IMG/VR virus record: IMGVR_UViG_3300028594_000087
Span: 1-26,150 of that record
From: a virus
Taxonomy: Duplodnaviria > Caudoviricetes
Length of the DNA stretch: 26,150 nucleotides
Strand: one strand, 5' to 3'
Part shown: one piece after another, positions 1 through 8,922 of the stretch
Position numbering within the stretch: position 1 is the stretch's first letter
How the letters are laid out: each line of letters opens with the position of its first letter
The notes under the pieces: generated by a model
What the model was told of the DNA's origin: nothing
Seen by the model: the letters and a program-made list of their open reading frames with translations, nothing else
Database searches by the model: none
Translations under genes and position numbers: made by a program

Positions 1-1675
1 TGTCTATATTACGAATACGCTCTTCAAAGTTCTGCGTAATGTTTTGGAATCGTTCATCTAACGTTACAGAACGACTGTCGCCTAAAAACTCGTCAATATC
101 CATCACATTATTTTGCAAGTCCGCTAACATTCCCGCATGACTACCTGTTACGGTGTCTAACTTAATCTCAACCGCATCCGCATGAGCCTTAGACTGTTCT
201 TCTGCGTAACGTTTAGCTTGTTCAACCGCATCAGTATAGCCTTGTTCGAGTTCGTTTCTTGTCGTGTCTACTGCCGTCGTAATCTCTTGCTCAATGCGAG
301 CGTAGTTTTCTTCGGCTTGACGATAGGCTTCTGCCACGTCTGCATCAAAGGCTTCCGTCCAGTCGTTAAGCGCTTGATTAAACTCTGCTTCCATTCGAGC
401 TCTGTCGGCTTCTACTTCCGCTAAGATGTCGATTTTGGCTTGTTCAAATTCATTTCTGAAAGCTATAGCTTGTGCATTAAACCATGCATCGAAATCTTCT
501 TTTAACTGTGTAATTAAAGACCTAGCATCTCTATTTGCACGTTTAATCTGTGAGTTTAGTCGTTTCAGTTGTCGATTTTTAAAGTGTTTGAAATCACCTA
601 GTGTGAGTTTTGATAGCGACGGATCTAATAAGTTGTGTTCAATCTTTTCTACACGTGCTTGTTTAACAATGCCTGCACGTTTATAGATGATAGCAACTCC
701 ATCACCAAGATTAAGATTGCCTATCTTAGCAATGTTCGTCGTCCAAGTGGCTTTAGGCACACAGTTTTCTAATAACCACTGGTAAGTAGCATTTGCTAAC
801 TCAACTGGATTTTCTATATTCTCAAAGACAACTTCTGGTGCAATTCTCGGTTTTATTTCACCATTTTCATAAAAGCCGTATTCTTGTGTTGCAGAAGGTA
901 TTTCAATCCAGTTTTGACCTTTTGGTTTTTGAATACCATCTTTACTCCACTCAATACCGTCAAACTCTAGACGTGGACCATAACCATCACCTGCTTCTTC
1001 ACCACGCCCACGACCCACTGCCGCAGTGTAGATTTCAGATTCATCTTGTTCCTGTATGAGTGATAGTATATTTGTACCGTAAGCAAAGCGCTCACCAGTC
1101 CAACGACCGATTGCCTTTTTCATGATGATATTCTTACTCACTATTTTTTGACCATCAAATTTCACTTCATAGTCAAATTCAACACCAAAAGTTTCAATGA
1201 GCTTGTTCCATGCGTTTGTCACACTATCACGATAAAAGTTGATGTCATGACGATCAGTTACATCGTAGTCTGTTACATGCCATCCAATCGCATTAAATGC
1301 AACATCTGCAGCCGCTTTAGCTTCACTATCTCTAAAACGTCTATCGTGGATGTTACCTAAAGCTTTTGCTTCATCAAAAAAGATGTGAACCGCATCTATA
1401 ATTAAACGTTCACCACGTTCGTCTGCAGTTAGGTTTGTACCGTATATCTTGTATATTTGAAATCGTTTTTGAACATCATAGTGTCCGACAAACGTTGCAT
1501 CTTCCACTAGTTTTTTATAGTTTGTTTCTCGTCTATCTTTATCTACATAAAAAGACGGCATCTCAGCTGTGAGCTGATAGACACCGTTTCTTTCTACTGT
1601 TTGAGTTGCACTGATAATATGCTTTCTAGGCACAATCCGTTGCAACTCTTTCTTTTTGTTAAATAAATAAATCAT
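1..1675 (-). CDS. Tal-like baseplate hub / phage minor structural tail protein, 3'-partial (runs off left end; absent from ORF track)
   Basis: Manual translation from ATG at 1675 (ATGA overlap with Dit stop): MIYLFNKKKELQRIVP...YTAAVGRGRGEEAGDGYGPRLEFDGIEWSKDGIQKPKGQNWIEIP..., open to the window edge, followed by a coiled-coil-like region; position after TMP-Dit. Confidence 0.9.
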   Translation of the reverse strand, partial: MIYLFNKKKELQRIVPRKHIISATQTVERNGVYQLTAEMPSFYVDKDRRETNYKKLVEDATFVGHYDVQKRFQIYKIYGTNLTADERGERLIIDAVHIFFDEAKALGNIHDRRFRDSEAKAAADVAFNAIGWHVTDYDVTDRHDINFYRDSVTNAWNKLIETFGVEFDYEVKFDGQKIVSKNIIMKKAIGRWTGERFAYGTNILSLIQEQDESEIYTAAVGRGRGEEAGDGYGPRLEFDGIEWSKDGIQKPKGQNWIEIPSATQEYGFYENGEIKPRIAPEVVFENIENPVELANATYQWLLENCVPKATWTTNIAKIGNLNLGDGVAIIYKRAGIVKQARVEKIEHNLLDPSLSKLTLGDFKHFKNRQLKRLNSQIKRANRDARSLITQLKEDFDAWFNAQAIAFRNEFEQAKIDILAEVEADRARMEAEFNQALNDWTEAFDADVAEAYRQAEENYARIEQEITTAVDTTRNELEQGYTDAVEQAKRYAEEQSKAHADAVEIKLDTVTGSHAGMLADLQNNVMDIDEFLGDSRSVTLDERFQNITQNFEERIRNID

Positions 1676-2475
1676 AATACAACACCTCTATATCTAATCT
1701 GAATACTTTTCGGTGTTGGTGTAACAACGATTTGGTCACCGTCTTTGATTAAAAACTCTTCTAAATCAGATGAGAAGTTTAGTCCGTCCATAGCGTTCAC
1801 TTCATCAACAGACTTAGTCACTAATTGCCTAGCGACATCAATTTGATAACGATCTGCAACTAAATCATGCTTGTAGTTTATATTCATGTCTGTTGTTGTA
1901 TTACGCATAGACCATTGTTTTACACCTGTTTCAAATACCAGTCTAATTCTAGGTTCTACAGGAACTTTTGAATCTATAGATAGACGTTGAGCGTTAGTAT
2001 AGTCAATCACTCGTTCTTGTTTATACTTCACTGGATTGTGCCATAAAAAGCTCAAATTCATACGATATGCACTCGCTTGTTGTACAACACTCGCTTCTTC
2101 AAATTCCACATAGTAAGTAAATTCTTGTTCGTCTTTGAATGTGATATAGTTTGTATTCTTTAATCTCAGATTAAATTCATTCAAGAAGTTTTTGAACACT
2201 GATTCATCTTTAACATCGATTAGCAATTCTACATCAATCGTTTTTGCTTTCATGCGCTTACTCATAATCATAGAACCATCAAACTTAGCAGGTGTTTCTG
2301 TTGAAATGTCATAAGCATTTGTTAAACGACCGTCTACATTGACTGTTTCTATTCTCAAATAATCATTCGAGTAATAACTATCAACGTTCCGACCATTTAC
2401 AAGCAAAGAAAAAGACGAAGGCACATGGAGTTCCCCCGTGCGTTCGCCTGGTCTTTCATATTCAACTTCAAACAT
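1672..2475 (-). CDS. Distal tail protein (Dit)
   Basis: 267 aa between TMP and Tal; ITFKDEQEFTYY and LSFLWHNPVKY resemble Dit motifs. Confidence 0.85.
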   Translation of the reverse strand: MFEVEYERPGERTGELHVPSSFSLLVNGRNVDSYYSNDYLRIETVNVDGRLTNAYDISTETPAKFDGSMIMSKRMKAKTIDVELLIDVKDESVFKNFLNEFNLRLKNTNYITFKDEQEFTYYVEFEEASVVQQASAYRMNLSFLWHNPVKYKQERVIDYTNAQRLSIDSKVPVEPRIRLVFETGVKQWSMRNTTTDMNINYKHDLVADRYQIDVARQLVTKSVDEVNAMDGLNFSSDLEEFLIKDGDQIVVTPTPKSIQIRYRGVVL

Positions 2476-5400
2476 TAATAAGCACCTCCTAAGTACGATT
2501 CTTCAAGATTTGTGACCCTTGTATTCTCATGGTTAATATCTTCTGCAAAAGCCCTGTATGAGCGGTTACCAAGGTTAAGATTGATGTTGGCGTTTTGGTT
2601 GATTTCAATGCCACGCTCAATATCATCTTGTACACTATGTCTAATGTTTTGATTAATTGAGCCGATTTGACTGTCTATATCAGCAGTCGTCGTTAAGTCA
2701 GGTGCAAACGAATCCGTCATATCTTTAGCCACATCTGTTACTGCACCGACTGCACGACTAGCCATGCGGTTAATACCGATTTCCAGTCCTTGCATAGTGT
2801 ACTCACCGAATGAACGGAATACTCGTGATGGAGAGTTTATACCTAGTAGGTTCTTAGCGCCTGCTATGGCATCACTAACAACACCTTTCGCAGCGTTTAT
2901 AGCTGAACTTGCCATACTCTTAATACCATTTATCAATCCACGTATTAAGTCAGCACCTGCGCTAACCATGTCACCGACAAAGCCTGAGACTGCGGATACA
3001 ATATTGCTACCCATAGTTGTTACTGCACTCACCGCATTTGCACCACCACTTATGATTGCAGACACAAATTCTGACATTGCAGATATGATAGCAGACACGA
3101 TTTGAGCCCCAAAGGACACGATAGCACTGATTCCTGATGCGATAAAACTTGAAATAGTACTCAGAGCATTAGCTGTTCCACTGGCAATAGAACTCACGAA
3201 ATTAGCCATTGCACTAACGATTGTGGAGACAATTTGCGCTCCAAAACTGATGATTGCACTGATTCCTGATGCGATGAATGATGCAATCGAGCTAATCGCA
3301 CTCGCTAAACCACTTGCAATACTGGACACGAATGATGCCATTGTTGAAGCAATACTACTGATGATGCTTGCACCAAAGCTAATGATGCTAGAAATCACGT
3401 TCGCTATCCACGTTGTAAAGTTTGTAAATGCTGTAGCGAGATTTGTCGCAATTGCAGTTGCAAACTGAACTAATGCTGTTGTGATTGTGGTCACTAGATT
3501 TACACCGAATTGTATAATGCTTGTTATGACATTAGTTATCCAAGTGATGAAATTATTGTATGCAGTCGTTAAGTTAGTCAAAATTGCAGTAGCGAATTGA
3601 ATTAATGCATTAGTAATAGTAGTCACTAAATTTATTCCAAAATCGATAATGCCTGTAATTATGTCTGAAATCCATGTTGTAAATGCGGTTTTAGCTTCAA
3701 GTAATTTTGTGAGAATAATTAAACCGAAAGCCATTAAAGCTGTTCTTATACTTTCTACAACTCCAGTTCCCCACTCAACGAAAGCGGTAATAACTTCTGA
3801 AATCCAAGTCGTGATTGCAGTCCAAGTTTGAGCTAATCCTTCCGTAATGATCGTAACAATCGTATTCCAAGCTGCTTCAAATATTCCCTGTCCTTGTTCT
3901 CTAAATTGATTAAAAGTTTCGATGATTAATGCAATTCTTTCTTGAATGAATGTGGTCACGAACTCCCAAACTGTGTTTACAATATTGCGGAATCCTTCTA
4001 CCTTTTGATACAGCATAATGAAGCCTGCAACAAGTGCAACGATACCTGCTATTACTATGCTTATCGGTCCACCTAGGAAAGCTAGCACTGTACCTAAAAG
4101 AGAAATTGCACCTTTAACAATCCCAACAACGTTGAATATTCTGAGTAATAAACCGATAAATGGTAAAACTACTTTAGTAACCGCCAATATAGCAGGTACT
4201 AACATCATAAATATTCCAGCTAGAGTGATAATCACTCCGATAATTTGTGCAATTATTGGATGAGCTTTGAATAATTCTGATATCCAAGCAGTGATTGAAG
4301 TCACTACATTGAGTACAATCTGTGCAATCGGTGCCATGGCAGTTGCGAAGTTGACAACCATCATCACGATGTTTCCAATCAAACTTACTACAGTTGGTCC
4401 ATTAGTTTGGATATAGTCGATAAACTTCTGGAATCCGTCAGACTCTTTAATTGTCGATGACCATTCTCTGAATCGTTCCATCATGTCTTGTAAACCATCT
4501 AGTACAGTTGAACTATTTTCACCGAATGCAGCGAACAAATCTATGACACCAAGGAAAAAGTCTCCAAATATCTTACCTATTTTAGGCATGTTTTCTTGAA
4601 CATAAGATATAAACTCATGGAAACCATTCGTTTCAGCCATTCTGCCTGCCCATTCTGCAAATTGAGTACCTAAGTTATTAAATCCTTCTGCTACCCATTC
4701 GATTAATGGCATCGCTGCGTTCATAGTGTCGATTAAACCTTGTCCGAATCGTCCTAGTCCACGAATTATGTTCTCGAATACTGCTGTACCTTTTGAGTTC
4801 ATGTTATCGAAGAATCTAAGCATTGTTGGCGACTCTTGCACGAATGCTTTCAGCTCATTTGTCATTCTCGTCATGGAATCGACCACTTGGTTTATGAATG
4901 GTGTTAGACCTTCCAATGCGAATTGAGCAGCGTATATTGCTTGACCCATTTGCATGAATATCTTGTCGATATTTTGATCCACTATTCCATTCCATACAGA
5001 TTTAATGCTTTCTAAAGCACGACTAAATGCATTAGATGCTTCTGTTGCTTCAAACGCCTCATCGTTGTACCTAGCTAATACTGATGCAACGAGTCCACCG
5101 TAAGCCGCAGCACCACCAAAGGCAATACCCACTGCGCCGACGAACGCTAGTAAGTTACCTGCTGTTACACCAATCGCATTACCGAGTGCCATAACAGCAG
5201 ATGTTAGCCCTGCGATAATCGGAATTAATGCACTGAATGAAGCGACCAAGCTACCACGAATCATATTTCCAAGCACTGTACCCACTGCTGATATCATTTT
5301 CGCTAGTCTCATGAGTTCGTTTTGGAAGTTATCGTTCATTCTATCTACTTCTGTGACGAAGTTTCTCAAACCATCACGCTTTATTTCAACTCTACCAATT

Positions 5401-5795
5401 ATTGGTTTTACAAATTTACGTTTAAAACGTGTGAATACACTATCGATTACTTTAAATTCTTTAACGAAAGCACCTGAGTCTATGTCGTGCCATCTACCTT
5501 TTGCATCTTGATAGTGTTTATCGAAATCAATTACAGACTTCTTTGCACCAAAGATAGCTTCTCTAAAGTTAGAAGCATCCCCAAGAATACGTTTAGTTAT
5601 TGAGTTGGACTGAAAACGTTTAGACAATGCTTCTGCTTGCAACAATCTACGTCTAAAACGACTGATGTCTGCTTCTACCTCTGTTTCAATCTCATTAGGA
5701 AATGATATAGCTTGTGCTTGTGCGCGTTTTAAATCACGCTCGAAATCACGGGTGTTTGCCATGATTTCCGCAACAAATCTAGAAACGTTATCCAT
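2475..5795 (-). CDS. Tape measure protein
   Basis: 1106 aa, Ala/Ile/Ser/Thr-rich helical protein with periodic F/W and hydrophobic segments; N-terminus FVAEIMANTRDF...PNEIETEVEADISRF resembles Phietavirus-type TMPs; follows tail chaperones. Confidence 0.96.
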   Translation of the reverse strand: MDNVSRFVAEIMANTRDFERDLKRAQAQAISFPNEIETEVEADISRFRRRLLQAEALSKRFQSNSITKRILGDASNFREAIFGAKKSVIDFDKHYQDAKGRWHDIDSGAFVKEFKVIDSVFTRFKRKFVKPIIGRVEIKRDGLRNFVTEVDRMNDNFQNELMRLAKMISAVGTVLGNMIRGSLVASFSALIPIIAGLTSAVMALGNAIGVTAGNLLAFVGAVGIAFGGAAAYGGLVASVLARYNDEAFEATEASNAFSRALESIKSVWNGIVDQNIDKIFMQMGQAIYAAQFALEGLTPFINQVVDSMTRMTNELKAFVQESPTMLRFFDNMNSKGTAVFENIIRGLGRFGQGLIDTMNAAMPLIEWVAEGFNNLGTQFAEWAGRMAETNGFHEFISYVQENMPKIGKIFGDFFLGVIDLFAAFGENSSTVLDGLQDMMERFREWSSTIKESDGFQKFIDYIQTNGPTVVSLIGNIVMMVVNFATAMAPIAQIVLNVVTSITAWISELFKAHPIIAQIIGVIITLAGIFMMLVPAILAVTKVVLPFIGLLLRIFNVVGIVKGAISLLGTVLAFLGGPISIVIAGIVALVAGFIMLYQKVEGFRNIVNTVWEFVTTFIQERIALIIETFNQFREQGQGIFEAAWNTIVTIITEGLAQTWTAITTWISEVITAFVEWGTGVVESIRTALMAFGLIILTKLLEAKTAFTTWISDIITGIIDFGINLVTTITNALIQFATAILTNLTTAYNNFITWITNVITSIIQFGVNLVTTITTALVQFATAIATNLATAFTNFTTWIANVISSIISFGASIISSIASTMASFVSSIASGLASAISSIASFIASGISAIISFGAQIVSTIVSAMANFVSSIASGTANALSTISSFIASGISAIVSFGAQIVSAIISAMSEFVSAIISGGANAVSAVTTMGSNIVSAVSGFVGDMVSAGADLIRGLINGIKSMASSAINAAKGVVSDAIAGAKNLLGINSPSRVFRSFGEYTMQGLEIGINRMASRAVGAVTDVAKDMTDSFAPDLTTTADIDSQIGSINQNIRHSVQDDIERGIEINQNANINLNLGNRSYRAFAEDINHENTRVTNLEESYLGGAY
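3015..3806 (-). repeat. Six tandem 44-aa (132-nt) repeats in TMP with 11+15+18 aromatic spacing
   Basis: e.g. WITNVITSIIQ/FGVNLVTTITTALVQ/FATAIATNLATAFTNFTT; identical 20-mer gcactgattcctgatgcgat at 3124 and 3256 (132 nt apart). Confidence 0.9.
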
Positions 5796-5818
5796 CGCCC
5801 CACTCCTTTCTTATTTAT

Positions 5819-6172
5819 CTATTTTGATTTTTTCTTATCTAGCCAACGTTGCAACGCTTTTTGTTGTACCATTCTAGTGGCACGTGCATGCTTACGTTTT
5901 TGTTTTTTATCATACTCATAGCTTGATTTAGATTGATTGATCAACGCACGTTCTTCTTCAATCTTCTTACTAATTTGTTTAACGTTCTTACCATTATTCA
6001 ACTGAGCAAACATGATTGATTGAGTACGCATATCCTCTAAACCATCTAATCGTCTATGCCTAGCACCTTTTATCATCTGTTCCCACTCGTGTGGAGTGAG
6101 GAGTTCTAATTCAGGTACAGGAATATAACCGATTAGTTGTATGGTCTTTTCAATTACATAGTCGAAATCTAA
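5819..6172 (-). CDS. Tail assembly chaperone C-terminal extension (gpT-like), probably expressed by -1 frameshift from the upstream ORF
   Basis: Frame LDFDYVIEKTIQLIGY...LTPHEW begins at the upstream stop in the -1 frame, with no obvious RBS/start there; position between chaperone and TMP. Confidence 0.8.
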   Translation of the reverse strand, partial: LDFDYVIEKTIQLIGYIPVPELELLTPHEWEQMIKGARHRRLDGLEDMRTQSIMFAQLNNGKNVKQISKKIEEERALINQSKSSYEYDKKQKRKHARATRMVQQKALQRWLDKKKSK

Positions 6173-6666
6173 GCCTTGTTGTTGTACGGTGGTTTGCCTG
6201 TTATTTCTTCGTACAGTTCCACGAACAGTTCCTGAGACTCCTTCGCTTTCTCTTTTTCTTCGCCTTTCTTCGTCTGAGATGAACGTTTCATCATAAACCA
6301 CAGGGTTTGCAATTTTCCCTTGTAATATCCATCTTCATTTAACATGCGTAGCGCACCAACGAAGTATGGTTTTAAATCACCTGTCTCAGCTGCAATGTCC
6401 TCAATTGTTGTTGCAATTTCTTCAAAAGACGGCTGCTCTTTTAAATAATGAGAAGTGGCACTATGCCAAAATTCAATGAGTTTATCTGGATCTTGTTGCA
6501 TCAAGCCCATGAAGATGGAAGTTACGCCATCTGTTTCTAACTTTTTACCTGTTTCTTCGTCTACTTCATTAGTAGCGTACTTCTTAGCTGTTTTACCAAA
6601 TAAATAAGTACCTTTAGCTTTAAAAATCTTGTCATTAATTCTAATTTCAGTAATTGATTCAGTCAT
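6169..6666 (-). CDS. Tail assembly chaperone (gpG-like)
   Basis: 165 aa after major tail; KAKGTYLFGKTAKKYATNE and FWHSATSHY resemble staphylococcal phage tail chaperones. Confidence 0.88.
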   Translation of the reverse strand: MTESITEIRINDKIFKAKGTYLFGKTAKKYATNEVDEETGKKLETDGVTSIFMGLMQQDPDKLIEFWHSATSHYLKEQPSFEEIATTIEDIAAETGDLKPYFVGALRMLNEDGYYKGKLQTLWFMMKRSSQTKKGEEKEKAKESQELFVELYEEITGKPPYNNKA

Positions 6667-6696
6667 GTTTTACAAATCCCTTCAAAATAGATAAAT

Positions 6697-6720
6697 AAAA
6701 AAGAGTGGCATACGCCACTC
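6697..6720 (-). terminator. Intrinsic terminator after major tail gene
   Basis: Minus strand GAGTGGC-GTAT-GCCACTC followed by TTTTTTATTT, 6 nt after the stop. Confidence 0.85.
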
Positions 6721-6726
6721 CATGTT

Positions 6727-7266
6727 TTAAACGTTCTGTGATTCAACTTCTTCTAAGTTACCTGTTTCTTGTCCAATCGTTTCATAAGCAACTTGACCTG
6801 CTAGTGATGGATCTAGAATTTCATCTGGTAGCTTAGGTTCTTCGCCATCAGCTGAGTTCAATTTAACTTTTAGAGATACTTCGATGTTATCTTCTTCATC
6901 ATCCACACTTAATGAACGTGATTCTGGAATAACATATGCAAATGTTGAGTTGTGTTTAGCATCTAAGTCACTGCCAATTACAGTGTTGTCGATAATCCAG
7001 AATCGCATTTGACGACCGTGTTTACATGCTTCTTTGAAGTCTCTATCTGCGCTAAATGTTGGGTCGTAAGGGAAAGTCACTGAGATTGTTTCTTCAACTA
7101 CCCCGCCACTCCAATCTTTGCGGTTGCCTTTGATTGATTCTCTTAATTCATTCTCCATCTCATGTGAGAATTCGCTTGTACCTGTGAGTACATAGTTTTC
7201 TGCAGTTGCTTCTGCAGTCGGTACATCTGCAGGAATACCAAGTAATGTCCATTTATCTACTGCCAT
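6727..7266 (-). CDS. Major tail (tube) protein, TP901-1-like family
   Basis: 179 aa acidic protein at the expected position; GRQMRFWII, STFAYVIPES and DGEEPKLPDE motifs. Confidence 0.88.
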   Translation of the reverse strand: MAVDKWTLLGIPADVPTAEATAENYVLTGTSEFSHEMENELRESIKGNRKDWSGGVVEETISVTFPYDPTFSADRDFKEACKHGRQMRFWIIDNTVIGSDLDAKHNSTFAYVIPESRSLSVDDEEDNIEVSLKVKLNSADGEEPKLPDEILDPSLAGQVAYETIGQETGNLEEVESQNV

Positions 7267-7689
7267 TTAACTCATCCTTTCAAATAATAGTTTATGACGA
7301 ACCGTATACACCAATCTCAAAACACCATGTGATGTTTTGTTATCGATATCGTTCATCACTTGTTCGTTTGATAATCTAACTTTTGTTATTTCATAACCAT
7401 TCAATACGAACGGTTTTTGCTTTGCGTGATATTTCATTAATCGCATTAATTCACGGCACTCAGGCTTACTATCAGCGTATATATGCATCTGGACTGCAAT
7501 GTCTTCATGCATGCCTGTAGACGATTCAGATTCGATTACATCTGTCTCACCGACAATTGTATAAGGCTTAACCAAGTCCATCTTCATGCCGTCATATATA
7601 CCAGTCACTCTAGCTTTCAGCGGTGACTGTAGTAAGTGATTGAACAATGCGTTGTATAACGGCTCATGAGCAGATACCCAGTTACTCAT
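7267..7689 (-). CDS. Tail terminator/completion protein (DUF3168 / SPP1 gp17-like)
   Basis: WVSAHEPLYNAL, PYTIVGETDV and HGVLRL motifs; synteny. Confidence 0.85.
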   Translation of the reverse strand: MSNWVSAHEPLYNALFNHLLQSPLKARVTGIYDGMKMDLVKPYTIVGETDVIESESSTGMHEDIAVQMHIYADSKPECRELMRLMKYHAKQKPFVLNGYEITKVRLSNEQVMNDIDNKTSHGVLRLVYTVRHKLLFERMS

Positions 7690-7700
7690 ACAGCCACCTC

Positions 7701-8087
7701 CTAGTTGCTAAAGTAGTTTTTGAAATACTTCCTTGCTATATCTAATGACGGGAACCAGAAAGGTTGAGCGACCATTCCGTAAGTGGTATAGAACTGTCCG
7801 TCTTTGTAGTAAGTCCATGGTATTTTCTTAGCACGTGAGCCTTTTGTTGCGTGGACACCAGTTCCAAACTCCACGTACACCGCATAAAAAGCTGAGACAA
7901 ATACAGTAGCTTTTAATCCGCTTACTTCCGACTGAATACTTGCTTTCAAGTTACCTTCGTCTACAGGCGCTCTTGAACTCGCTTCTGTATTTAGTAATTG
8001 TGCAGTCTCAGCCACACCGCGTTTTGCGTTCTCAACACCTTTATCACTAAACGCTTGCAACGCTCTAGCCAAGTTATTCCTAGCCAT
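7701..8087 (-). CDS. HK97 gp10-like tail component
   Basis: APVDEGNLKASI, YAVYVEFGTG and AQPFWFP motifs; start moved to ATG 8087 overlapping the end of the upstream gene. Confidence 0.88.
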   Translation of the reverse strand: MARNNLARALQAFSDKGVENAKRGVAETAQLLNTEASSRAPVDEGNLKASIQSEVSGLKATVFVSAFYAVYVEFGTGVHATKGSRAKKIPWTYYKDGQFYTTYGMVAQPFWFPSLDIARKYFKNYFSN

Positions 8088-8412
8088 TCGCAACACGCCT
8101 AACTGGTGCAGAAGCAATCTCATGTTGTCCACCCTGATCTTGTAGGTCGCCAACGAACTCATAGCGTTCACCATCGTAAATAAAAACGTCTAGACGAGTA
8201 ATATCCGCACCGTAAGGCACGTACAGAACTCTATCTAGACGTATATCTAAACTATGGTAATTCGCTTGCTGAGATGTGCTAGGCGTGTCCATGAACGCTT
8301 TTAAATCGTGTGTGGATGTGTTCTCTGTCTTAACAGGTGGATAAACTGTGTCGTCCACAATACGCTCTGTACGCTCAACTGTGATTGCGTGAGGGAATTC
8401 ATTTAAAGACAT
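8080..8412 (-). CDS. Head closure / head-tail joining protein (SPP1 gp16-like)
   Basis: EFPHAIT, AFMDTPSTS and DQGGQHE motifs; synteny. Confidence 0.82.
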   Translation of the reverse strand: MSLNEFPHAITVERTERIVDDTVYPPVKTENTSTHDLKAFMDTPSTSQQANYHSLDIRLDRVLYVPYGADITRLDVFIYDGERYEFVGDLQDQGGQHEIASAPVRRVANG

Positions 8413-8758
8413 GAAATCTCGCCTTCTTTCGCACCATAAACCTATCTAGTAGGCTCATTAAGTGCTTAGGATACGTATCCTCATAATCTTTAAATGTGTA
8501 GCTCACAGTACCCATAGAACGTGATTTGAGGTTACCTTTCACATCCGCCCGTTGGTTATGCTCAATGACACCAGCAATAAACTTAGCAATAGCAAAAGGA
8601 TAGCTCTCAAACCCTTCTAAATCGTTGTTCGTGATGTACTTCACATCGTCTAAGAGGTCTAGCACATCTTTCTCGAACAGTGCTATATTGTCATCAGGAA
8701 TACTGACATTATTCGCATCAAGTATTTCCCTTACTTCCGCTACGAGAGTTTGTGACAT
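8399..8758 (-). CDS. Head-tail adaptor (SPP1 gp15-like)
   Basis: GNLKSRSMGTVSYTF motif; synteny. Confidence 0.85.
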   Translation of the reverse strand: MSQTLVAEVREILDANNVSIPDDNIALFEKDVLDLLDDVKYITNNDLEGFESYPFAIAKFIAGVIEHNQRADVKGNLKSRSMGTVSYTFKDYEDTYPKHLMSLLDRFMVRKKARFHVFK

Positions 8759-8915
8759 TTAATCACTCCTCTTCTTTTTTAGTCGCCTTCTTACGTGTAG
8801 GCTTCACTTCTTTATAACCTTTCGGTGCATAAACCACTCTATGCGCCTTTTCAGTTACTTCCAGAGTGTTGCCGTCTTTTTCAACTTTAATTAGTTTAGA
8901 CATTTAATCACTCCT
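8754..8915. repeat. 17-bp direct repeat gacatttaatcactcct at 8754-8770 and 8899-8915
   Basis: Identical RBS-spacer-start (AGGAGTGATTAAATGTC on minus strand) for two consecutive genes. Confidence 0.9.
8763..8903 (-). CDS. Small 46-aa capsid-downstream protein (not in ORF track)
   Basis: AGGAGTGA RBS, then MSKLIKVEKDGNTLEVTEKAHRVVYAPKGYKEVKPTRKKATKKEEE; fills the gap exactly; similar small genes follow the capsid gene in staphylococcal phages. Confidence 0.85.
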   Translation of the reverse strand: MSKLIKVEKDGNTLEVTEKAHRVVYAPKGYKEVKPTRKKATKKEEE

Positions 8916-8922
8916 ATATTTT

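Noticed and set aside
6720-6740. SPP1-like +1 frameshift extension of the major tail protein; also checked at the capsid stop
   Set aside because: No CCC-TAA or slippery site and no downstream Ig-like ORF; a terminator follows directly
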